IMG/VR virus record: IMGVR_UViG_3300045988_105464
Location: 1 to 39,063 of that record
DNA length: 39,063 nt
Direction: 5' to 3' (one strand)
Source: a virus
A model generated the notes under the pieces. That model did no database searches and had not been told where the DNA came from. It saw only the letters and a list, made by a program, of their open reading frames with translations. The position numbers and the translations under genes are program-made. Position 1 is the first letter of the stretch, and the number at the start of each line of letters is the position of its first letter. Of this stretch, positions 9,106 to 15,205 are shown in pieces.

Positions 9106-10011
9106 TTAGTCCCCCCAGCCCTCCAGGAACGGGTCCTTAGACTTCAGCCCATCACCGGCGCTTCTCATGCTGCCGGTGGAGCGCTCCGCGTTCCGCTGGT
9201 TCTGCTGTACGGAGGCGGTCTCCCGCTTGGCGTCTGCCGCGTCCTGCCGCGCCTGCTGCACGGCGTACCGGGCGTAGGCGGCTACCAGAGAAGAGCCGTT
9301 CCGCACGTCTGCCCAAACTTGAGGCGGGATGCTGTTGGGATCCTTTGCTGCCTCTGGGAATGTCTGTTGAAATTCCTGAATGTCCGCCTGTCGGCGGCTT
9401 GCCGCCTCGGCCTCGGCCCGCTGGGCCTGCGCCATGGCGTCCTGCTGGGCCTGCCGCTCTGCTTCTGCGGCGGCCACAACGGCCTCCCGGTCCTCAAGCT
9501 CCACGGAGCGCCGTGCGTCCGCTTCACTCAGGCCCTCGGCCTGCTTTGCCTGCGCCCGGAGCATGGAAATGTAGTCCTTGGTGTTCAACCCCTGCTGGTT
9601 TGCAAAGTGGTTGACCATCTCCATCACAGGCTTAAACTCGTCATACTGGCTGCGGATGCGGTCATAGTCCATGCCCTTTTGGGCCAGTGCCACCATTTCC
9701 GCTTCGTTTGCCTGCCGCACCTCGCCCATGTGCCGCAGCTCCCATGTCTGGGGCCGTGCGTCCACGGTCTCTGCCTCGGTCTGCTGCGTCTGGGCTGCCT
9801 GCTCCGCGTCTGCGGGGGGCTGAGTGTCCTCTTCCGGCGTCTCTGCGCTCTCGCTGGGGTCCTCGGCGGGCGTTTCCTCGCCAGTCTCCATCGGCTCTGC
9901 GTCCACTTCCGGCTGGTCTGCCGTCGCTTCTGCTTCGTCGTCCCATCCATCCAGAAAGGCGTCCGTAGTTTCGGGCTCCTGTTCGGGGATCTGGTTCATG
10001 TTTTCGTCCAT
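9106..10011 (-). CDS. Scaffolding protein (start moved to the internal ATG at 10011)
   Basis: Acidic, Ala/Glu/Gln-rich, coiled-coil-like protein of 301 aa directly upstream of the capsid gene. The ATG at 10011 follows GGGGAAAGAGG. The longer ORF-track start would run through the stem-loops and terminator. Confidence 0.65.
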   Translation of the reverse strand: MDENMNQIPEQEPETTDAFLDGWDDEAEATADQPEVDAEPMETGEETPAEDPSESAETPEEDTQPPADAEQAAQTQQTEAETVDARPQTWELRHMGEVRQANEAEMVALAQKGMDYDRIRSQYDEFKPVMEMVNHFANQQGLNTKDYISMLRAQAKQAEGLSEADARRSVELEDREAVVAAAEAERQAQQDAMAQAQRAEAEAASRRQADIQEFQQTFPEAAKDPNSIPPQVWADVRNGSSLVAAYARYAVQQARQDAADAKRETASVQQNQRNAERSTGSMRSAGDGLKSKDPFLEGWGD

Positions 10012-10025
10012 ATTGGCCTCTTTCC

Positions 10026-10075
10026 CCGGCCTGGTCTGGCCGGATCTTTGTATTTTCAAAGCCTGGTCTGGCTTT
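10026..10075 (-). promoter_or_regulatory. Twin stem-loops sharing an identical 12-mer in the scaffold/capsid 5' leader
   Basis: ccggcc-tggtct-ggccgg (10026..10043) and aaagcc-tggtct-ggcttt (10058..10075). Each has a perfect 6-bp stem and the same hexaloop. The 12-mer gcctggtctggc is repeated exactly. Confidence 0.5.
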
Positions 10076-10086
10076 GCTGACAAAAT

Positions 10087-10149
10087 AAAAAACGAGACCA
10101 CAAGAAACGGCTTTCGCCGTTCTCATGGCCTCGTTGGGCTCTCGTTTTT
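10087..10149 (-). terminator. Intra-operon terminator-like structure (A-tract, branched GC stems, T-tract)
   Basis: aaaaaacgaga (10087..10097) pairs with tctcgttttt (10140..10149). An inner hairpin gaacggc-GAAA-gccgtt is present on the minus-strand RNA, followed by U6. Confidence 0.45.
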
Positions 10150-10336
10150 ATTCGGTTTTGATGGGGAAGGGGACGTCTGTATCCAGCTCCCGCCCCTCAA
10201 AAATGGTGGGGTAGTGGCTCACCTTGCATCTTCGGCAGTAAATAGGCGTGTTGTAGATCACACTGCCCGGTTCGATGTGCTGAAGCGCCTTGCCGCAGAT
10301 AGGGCAGCGGTAGACCCACGTCCCGTCTACCACCAT
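10148..10336 (-). CDS. Zinc-ribbon small protein
   Basis: 62 aa with CPICG...CRRC. RBS GGGGAG. Overlaps the stop of the upstream gene. Confidence 0.6.
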   Translation of the reverse strand: MVVDGTWVYRCPICGKALQHIEPGSVIYNTPIYCRRCKVSHYPTIFEGRELDTDVPFPIKTE

Positions 10337-10776
10337 GCCCCAAACTCCCCGTGTTCAATGCCGCCGTAGAGGTTTTCCACGTCTCCGATCACGCTGGGCA
10401 GGCTCTGTCGGCACAGCTCCAGCTGTTCCAGAAACGTCTGCCACAGGAAGTTGGCTCTGCTGGGGTCCTCCTCCAGCAGCAGCAGACCTGCCAGACCGTA
10501 GGGCAGCGCCCCGGTGCAGATCCGCTCATCCAGCGCCACCTCGTCCGTCATCTCCGTCACCTTGGGGCAGATAGGCCGCTTGCCGCCCGCCGCCTCCAAA
10601 GCCTCCCGGTAGTTGTCACTGTACGGAAACGCCCGGTCTAAAACGCTGTTCAGCAGGGAAACGGTCCGCAGCTTGTACTCCTTGGTGTCCGCCGTGTCCG
10701 TGGATCCGGTGGATTCATTCTGGGAATCCATCAGGTGGATGGCAATGTCAAAAATATGCTGTACCGTAACCGCCAT
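10327..10776 (-). CDS. Hypothetical protein (head-module position)
   Basis: 149-aa ORF with RBS GAGAGG. High third-position GC consistent with coding. Confidence 0.6.
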   Translation of the reverse strand: MAVTVQHIFDIAIHLMDSQNESTGSTDTADTKEYKLRTVSLLNSVLDRAFPYSDNYREALEAAGGKRPICPKVTEMTDEVALDERICTGALPYGLAGLLLLEEDPSRANFLWQTFLEQLELCRQSLPSVIGDVENLYGGIEHGEFGAWW

Positions 10777-10777
10777 A

Positions 10778-11020
10778 TCACACCTCTCGCCCCTTCAGGC
10801 TGGCTTTCATGGTGTTCAGATCGTAGGTCATCAGGTTGTCAATGCCCTGTTCCACGCTTTTCTGCTGGTCCGTAGGCTCCTCCGCTTCCGGCTTCTCCGG
10901 TTCCGTGGGGGAGGGGGCTTTGATCTCCCGCAGCAGCCGCAGGATCAGCACTGCGCATACGGCAGCGCCTATGCTGGCCGCACCGCAGATTAGAGATAAA
11001 ACCAAAATCAGGCCGTTCAC
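10778..11020 (-). CDS. Small membrane protein (one N-terminal TM segment)
   Basis: GTG start at 11020 preceded by GAGGAGG with a 7-nt spacer. N-terminal hydrophobic helix LILVLSLICGAASIGAAVCAVLIL. Confidence 0.6.
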   Translation of the reverse strand: MNGLILVLSLICGAASIGAAVCAVLILRLLREIKAPSPTEPEKPEAEEPTDQQKSVEQGIDNLMTYDLNTMKASLKGREV

Positions 11021-11032
11021 CTCGCCGCCTCC

Positions 11033-11566
11033 TCACTTGAAGTCGCTTGCGTCCACGCCGTCCCCAAAGGTCACGTTCACGCTGATGTCCTGGCGGGTCT
11101 CCTGCTTGTCCTGATAGCCGCCCAGGCGCTTCTGCTTGTTCAGGAAAATGCCTCGCGTCACCATGCCTTTTTCCTGGTAGATGGGGCTGGTGTCGATCTG
11201 CTCCTGAATGCGCTGATAGGCCAGCCGCACGTAGTAGCTCATGACGCAGCGGGGATCGTCGATCTCCTCATTGCCCGCTTCAAAGGCTTCCACCTGTGCC
11301 TCGACCACATCGGCCTCCCGGCCATCGTTGTAGTCATAATACCCCTGAAGCCGCTGAACCGTCCATCGCATCGCATTGGCAAGGCCCGCCTCGCTGTATG
11401 CCTGCTCCAGCCGGTCCTGCGTGTCAAAGTATTCCTCGGATCCCTTCAGGAACGCCTTGATCTTCTCAATCGTCTGCTTCTTGTGGGCCGCGGCGGCTTT
11501 CTTGTGCATGTTGTCCATGTGCGCCTTGTGCTCTTCCGCAGTCGGATTTTTCTTCTGATAAGCCAT
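11033..11566 (-). CDS. Hypothetical protein, candidate small terminase by position only
   Basis: The ORF-track ORF 11033..11803 is trimmed to the ATG at 11566 (RBS GAGGGGG) because its N-terminal 79 codons read through two tRNA-type sequences. 177 aa, charged and helical. Confidence 0.55.
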   Translation of the reverse strand: MAYQKKNPTAEEHKAHMDNMHKKAAAAHKKQTIEKIKAFLKGSEEYFDTQDRLEQAYSEAGLANAMRWTVQRLQGYYDYNDGREADVVEAQVEAFEAGNEEIDDPRCVMSYYVRLAYQRIQEQIDTSPIYQEKGMVTRGIFLNKQKRLGGYQDKQETRQDISVNVTFGDGVDASDFK

Positions 11567-11593
11567 GCCCCGGCCCCCTCTCGCAAAAAATTT

Positions 11594-11665
11594 TGGCGCA
11601 GACGGCAGGACTTGAACCTGCGCATACCTCCGGGCGCGGTGCTCTACCGGCTGAGCTACGTCTGC
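11594..11665 (-). ncRNA. tRNA-like element with a truncated, non-canonical anticodon arm (72 nt, CCA encoded)
   Basis: GCAGACG-TA-GCTC-AGCCGGTA-GAGC...GCAGG-TTCAAGT-CCTGC-CGTCTGC-G-CCA. The acceptor, D and T arms are canonical. Only 19 nt (ACCGCGCCCGGAGGTATGC) lie between the D and T arms, so no 5-bp stem with a 7-nt loop can form. Confidence 0.6.
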
Positions 11666-11758
11666 AAATGTCCCCGCCATGGTACGTATCGTCGAGAGGC
11701 GTGGCGAGGGCTTCACCGGTCTTTCCCGGTTGCCAGCAACGAACTGTCCTGTCCCGGA

Positions 11759-11834
11759 TGGCGGTCCCGGCAGGGATCGAACCTGCGACCCAGCGGTTAA
11801 CAACCGCTCGCTCTTCCGACTGAGCTACGAAACC
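11759..11834 (-). tRNA. tRNA-Asn(GUU): tRNA-Asn (anticodon GTT), CCA encoded
   Basis: Hand fold: GGTTTCG/TA/GCTC-AGTCGGAA-GAGC/G/AGCGG-TTGTTAA-CCGCT/GGGTC/GCAGG-TTCGATC-CCTGC/CGGGACC/G/CCA. 76 nt. Confidence 0.9.
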
Positions 11835-12355
11835 ATGCTCCGGTGGGCTGTGTGGACCCACCGGGCAACAGGAAAGGAACTGAAGGTGAAAAATGGCATC
11901 TGACACAGGAGGCAGGCGGGTTCTATCCCGCCAACTTCATTCAAGCATATTTCATCAAGCGAATACAATGGGTTTCAGTTATTTTCGTAATGTTCTACAT
12001 AAAATCCCCCGCCCCCTTTTTCCGCCACCCCCCAGAAGGAGCACCGGCATAGCTTCCCGCAGCTACACTGCAAGTTCTTGGAGGGGGAGAGGGGATGTGT
12101 GTATATCAGCCCTATACTCCGCGCGAGAGACACCCCCTGTTTTTCCGCTACCCCCTAGTACACCCCCTCCCCGTCCCTGGTAGTAGGGCCTCCCCAGCGG
12201 CAGAGACTACCGCCCCAGCCCCGGAGCTGCTGAATCGCCCCAGCCAGCCGGAGCCAACAACAGGGATTGCCCAGACCGGGAGAGGAAATACACAGAATCG
12301 ACACAGCAACAGCCGAAAGCCAGCAGTCCCAACGGAAATATTTAATAGCCCCTTA

Positions 12356-12451
12356 AATCTCACCGGAAGAGGGTAATTGCCGCAATCTCACAATAACTCC
12401 GAATATCTCGCAAATGTTCCGTTTTGCTCCCGTTTTCTCTCGTTATCTCGC
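12356..12451. repeat. Four phased ATCTCRC boxes (iteron-like)
   Basis: atctcac at 12356 and 12385; atctcgc at 12405 and 12445. Spacings are 29, 20 and 40 bp, close to multiples of a helical turn. Confidence 0.5.
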
Positions 12452-12508
12452 GTTTTTTATTCGCTTCGTCTCTTTCTTTCGCTACTCTCTCGGTAGAGTA
12501 TATATATA

Positions 12509-12547
12509 ACACCCCCCTGTAAGAAATATATATTTATCTCTCTGGGG
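12509..12547. repeat. Palindromic element A (ACACCCCCCT-N8-TATATAT...GGGG), related to element B at 22767
   Basis: acacccccctgtaagaaatatatatttatctctctgggg. C-run and G-run arms flank an AT core. The 10-mer acacccccct is shared exactly with 22767..22776. Confidence 0.6.
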
Positions 12548-12656
12548 TAGGTGGGAATACGCCCCCATCTCTCACTCTCCTATTCTCTCCCCCTATAGTC
12601 CCCCTCTCCTTCCCTCTCTCTCCCTGCCCCCGCTGCCGCTGCTGCCGCCCCGCTCA

Positions 12657-12694
12657 CAAAGAGAAAAGCGCCGGGGGTGTTATCCCTCGACGCT
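12657..12694 (-). terminator. Rho-independent terminator of the RHH gene
   Basis: Minus-strand RNA: AGCGUCGAGGG-auaaca-CCCCCGGCGCU (11-bp stem with one mismatch and one wobble), followed by UUUUCUCUUU. Confidence 0.6.
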
Positions 12695-12704
12695 CTGTCG
12701 CTCA

Positions 12705-12881
12705 TTACAGCTTGTCCCGGATGGCCTCAATGATCCAGGCGTTGACGCTCTGGCCTGCGGCGGCTGCTGCCGCTCTGATCTGGGCCTTGGTTGGTGGCTC
12801 TGTCTTACTCGTCATTACCACGATGCGCTCTTGATTTTCTTTCTGCCATATATTCCGCCGATCTGGCTTTCTTTCCTCCAT
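12705..12881 (-). CDS. Ribbon-helix-helix (CopG/Arc-like) DNA-binding protein, 58 aa (below the ORF-track cutoff)
   Basis: Hand translation: MEERKPDRRNIWQKENQERIVVMTSKTEPPTKAQIRAAAAAAGQSVNAWIIEAIRDKL. It has a beta-strand (RIVVM) then a two-helix pattern, and ends in the G.S.N.WI.EAI motif typical of RHH proteins. It has its own promoter and terminator. Confidence 0.6.
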   Translation of the reverse strand: MEERKPDRRNIWQKENQERIVVMTSKTEPPTKAQIRAAAAAAGQSVNAWIIEAIRDKL

Positions 12882-12906
12882 TATTTCACCGCCTTTCTTG
12901 CCCTAC

Positions 12907-12936
12907 ATTATACAAAATCGCCGCAAATCATGTCCA
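12907..12936 (-). promoter_or_regulatory. Leftward sigma-70-type promoter for the RHH gene
   Basis: On the minus strand: TGGACA-18 nt-TATAAT, ending 25 nt upstream of the ATG at 12881. Confidence 0.5.
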
Positions 12937-13007
12937 TGACAAAAATGCACAAAAAGTCATGGCAATGATTGTTGATTTTGCCTGCTTGACAGCGTCATGG
13001 AAATGAC
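12927..13007. promoter_or_regulatory. Three 14-bp operator-like sites GTCATGGnAATGAy
   Basis: Site 1 at 12927..12940 (inverted), site 2 at 12956..12969, site 3 at 12994..13007 (perfect GTCAT-ggaa-ATGAC). Site 1 covers the leftward -35. Site 3 fills the spacer of the rightward promoter. Confidence 0.6.
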
Positions 13008-13014
13008 GTATGAT
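12986..13014 (+). promoter_or_regulatory. Rightward sigma-70-type promoter of the accessory cassette
   Basis: TTGACA (12986..12991), 17-nt spacer, TATGAT (13009..13014). It lies 60 nt upstream of the first cassette gene. Confidence 0.7.
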
Positions 13015-13074
13015 TAGGCCAACAAAAGCAAACACGACAACGCCACAGGCCGACAGGCCGGAAAGGACAACATC

Positions 13075-13275
13075 ATGCACATCATCATCTTCACTATTAG
13101 GCAAGCCGGGCAGACAATCGGCAATACCCCTATCCGAGAGCAGGCAGTTGGGGCAGCCAAAGCCCGCGCCCAGCAGATGCGATTCCCCGTTTCCGTCATT
13201 GCCCACTGTGACACTGGCAAGGAGATAGAGGTCATCTTCTATCCTGACGGCACCAGCAAACGGATCAGAAAATAA
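13075..13275 (+). CDS. Hypothetical small protein
   Basis: 66 aa with RBS GAAAGGA 7 nt upstream. First gene after the promoter. Confidence 0.6.
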   Translation: MHIIIFTIRQAGQTIGNTPIREQAVGAAKARAQQMRFPVSVIAHCDTGKEIEVIFYPDGTSKRIRK

Positions 13276-13341
13276 TCGGGGCCGGTGGCCCGGCCCCCCA
13301 CCAATCAGCAATCACGACAAAAATTTTAGGAGGATCACACA

Positions 13342-13842
13342 ATGACTACTTACTTTATCAACTGCAAGAACCTCGACGAGCTGAAGAAGGCTTACAAGGC
13401 CGCCGCCATGAAGAACCACCCCGACAAAGGCGGAGACACCGCCACCATGCAGGCCATCAACGCCGAGTATTCCGCCCGGTTTGAGGTCCTGAAGCGGTCC
13501 CAGAATGAGCAGGCCGCCGAGGACACCACCGGACGGACCCACGCCACCACCGAGAGCGCCGGTGATTTCATCGCCATCATCGCGGCCCTGCTGAAGCTGG
13601 ACGGCCTCGAAATTGAGTTGTGCGGTCGCTGGCTCTGGATCGGTGGCAACACCAAGGAGCACAAGGAAGCCCTGAAGGCTGCCGGGTGCCGGTGGTCCTC
13701 CACTAAGAAGCTATGGAGTTGGCATTTCGCCGAAGAGGGTCAGCGCTGGCACAAGGGCACCAAGACCATGGCCGAGATCCGCAGCAAGTACGGCAGCACC
13801 ACCTTTGCCCGTTCCACCAATTCCGACGCGCTCCCGGCTTGA
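13342..13842 (+). CDS. J-domain (DnaJ-like) protein
   Basis: N-terminal LDELKKAYKAAAMKNHPDKGGD contains the HPD motif. The C-terminal Trp-rich segment reads GRWLWIGGNTKEHKEALKAAGCRWSSTKKLWSWH. RBS AGGAGG. Confidence 0.8.
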   Translation: MTTYFINCKNLDELKKAYKAAAMKNHPDKGGDTATMQAINAEYSARFEVLKRSQNEQAAEDTTGRTHATTESAGDFIAIIAALLKLDGLEIELCGRWLWIGGNTKEHKEALKAAGCRWSSTKKLWSWHFAEEGQRWHKGTKTMAEIRSKYGSTTFARSTNSDALPA

Positions 13843-13876
13843 CCGGGGCGCGCCACCACCTGAAAGGAGTATTGCT

Positions 13877-14074
13877 ATGAGCTACGCAATCGAGACCATC
13901 GGCACCGGCAAGCGCACCCGCTACACCGTGAAAGCCGTCACCGAGACCGGCACGAACCCCACCAACGGCAAAGCCTACCGCACCGAGGACGCCGCCCGCC
14001 GTGCCGCCGCTGAAATGGGCCTGACCGTTTCCGCCGTCGGGGATCTCTGGCAGATCCTCCACGCCACCCACTGA
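13877..14074 (+). CDS. Hypothetical small protein
   Basis: The ORF-track frame is trimmed to the ATG at 13877 behind GAAAGGAG. 65 aa. Confidence 0.6.
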   Translation: MSYAIETIGTGKRTRYTVKAVTETGTNPTNGKAYRTEDAARRAAAEMGLTVSAVGDLWQILHATH

Positions 14075-14088
14075 AAGGAGCATGAATC

Positions 14089-14244
14089 ATGATCCAGATC
14101 AAAAATATTTTCGATAGCCTGCGCGACGATGTTTTAAGCGGCAAAATGACGTTGAAGGAAGCCGCCGTGGAGCTTTACAGAAGCGGATGCACGAACTTCA
14201 TCGACGAGGAAGCCACCCGCCGCCGGTTACATTTGGCCGACTGA
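14089..14244 (+). CDS. Hypothetical small protein, 51 aa (below the ORF-track cutoff)
   Basis: ATG at 14089 follows GAAAGGAG. Translation: MIQIKNIFDSLRDDVLSGKMTLKEAAVELYRSGCTNFIDEEATRRRLHLAD. It fills an otherwise empty gap in the operon. Confidence 0.5.
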   Translation: MIQIKNIFDSLRDDVLSGKMTLKEAAVELYRSGCTNFIDEEATRRRLHLAD

Positions 14245-14290
14245 CACCACCGCCCGCCCCGGAGGTAACGAGGGCAGAAAGGAACACACC

Positions 14291-14503
14291 ATGAAACCCT
14301 ACGGAATCGCCGTCCCCGGCTCCGTCATCAGCGCCAAGACCGCAGCCGGGTATCTCCGCCGCACCGCCGCGTTTCTGCTGGCCCCGTCCCGCTTCTCGAT
14401 GGAATCTTGCGCGGTACTTTCCGACATTGAAAGCCGGATCGTTTCCGCCGGTTTCCTGACGTGGGATCAGGTGGAGCAGATCGAAGAGGAGGCCACCGCA
14501 TGA
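14291..14503 (+). CDS. Hypothetical small protein
   Basis: 70 aa with RBS AGAAAGGAA. Its stop overlaps the next start (ATGA). Confidence 0.6.
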   Translation: MKPYGIAVPGSVISAKTAAGYLRRTAAFLLAPSRFSMESCAVLSDIESRIVSAGFLTWDQVEQIEEEATA

Positions 14504-14955
14504 GCTATCTTGACCTCTTCCAGCGCTACGGCAACCCCAGCCGGGAAGCAGATATACGGCTTTCCGGCTGGCTGCTCCGGCCGGACGCTCTGACGGCGGA
14601 GAAAATCGCAGGCTATGACCAGAGCGCCGCCCGCCTGATTACCGAGGCTCAAACCCTGATCGACCAACTGACCGAATACCGCGCAGCCCTGGCGGAGCGA
14701 TACGCCGCCCTTGCCACTGCCGCCTACCGTGACCGGCTGGAGCTGACCCGTGACCCCGGTTACAGGGGCAAGCCGGTAATCTACTTTGTGCGGATCGTCC
14801 GCACCTATGAGGACGGCACAACGGAGCGCGTTTTGGACGAGAAATATTTCGGCACGCAGCGCCGGAAAGCCTTCGCCCGGTTCGCGGAGCTGAAGCACCA
14901 GCGCCCCGGCATTGAAACCATGCAGGACACTGAAAAGCGCAGCTGGGAGCGTTGA
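14500..14955 (+). CDS. Hypothetical protein
   Basis: Start set to the ATG at 14500 (RBS GAGGAGG, 7-nt spacer, ATGA coupling). 151 aa. Confidence 0.6.
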   Translation: MSYLDLFQRYGNPSREADIRLSGWLLRPDALTAEKIAGYDQSAARLITEAQTLIDQLTEYRAALAERYAALATAAYRDRLELTRDPGYRGKPVIYFVRIVRTYEDGTTERVLDEKYFGTQRRKAFARFAELKHQRPGIETMQDTEKRSWER

Positions 14956-15022
14956 CAACCGGCGCGGCCCATGTTACCATCAACTTACAGACCGGCCCAC
15001 ACCGGAGAAAGGACTGAACGCC

Positions 15023-15205
15023 ATGGCAAACTACTATATCAGAGACGCAGCTCACGCCGCCGCGATCCTCGACGAGTTCCGCCGCTGCGGTGACTGCGGC
15101 AACTGCGCACTTAACACCCCGGAGGGCTGGCGCTGCTCCCACATGGCGGAGCAGGCCGAAAAATACTTGAGGGATCACAGAGAGGAGGCCCGGAACAATG
15201 GCTAA
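15023..15205 (+). CDS. Cys-rich small protein
   Basis: ATG at 15023 follows GAGAAAGGA. 60 aa with CGDCGNC...C. Confidence 0.55.
   Translation: MANYYIRDAAHAAAILDEFRRCGDCGNCALNTPEGWRCSHMAEQAEKYLRDHREEARNNG

Larger units (their letters stand above)
11835..12656 (-). ncRNA. ORF-free patterned region: candidate large structured RNA or late-operon leader (alternatively pac/ori)
   Basis: No ORF here has an RBS or plausible composition. G-runs lie on the tRNA-bearing strand, with many complementary C-run/G-run blocks and local hairpins. The region is adjacent to the tRNAs. Strand and extent are not established. Confidence 0.3.

Noticed and set aside
11033-11803. A 256-aa ORF extending upstream of 11566
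   Set aside because: The N-terminal 79 codons are a read-through of the tRNA-like element and tRNA-Asn (peptides such as AQPVEHRA...VQVLPSAP). A proper RBS and ATG sit at 11566.
11594-11834. Suppressor tRNA or stop-codon recoding of the late genes
   Set aside because: The intact tRNA has anticodon GTT (Asn). The aberrant element contains no CTA, TCA or TTA triplet in its central region. All late genes, including the 1812-aa ORF, are open in the standard code.
11893-12376. Protein-coding ORFs inside the patterned region (11893..12183, 12095..12376 and 12148..12363)
   Set aside because: Their Pro/Arg/Gly-rich translations derive from C/G runs. They have no RBS and no operon context, and they overlap one another in different frames.
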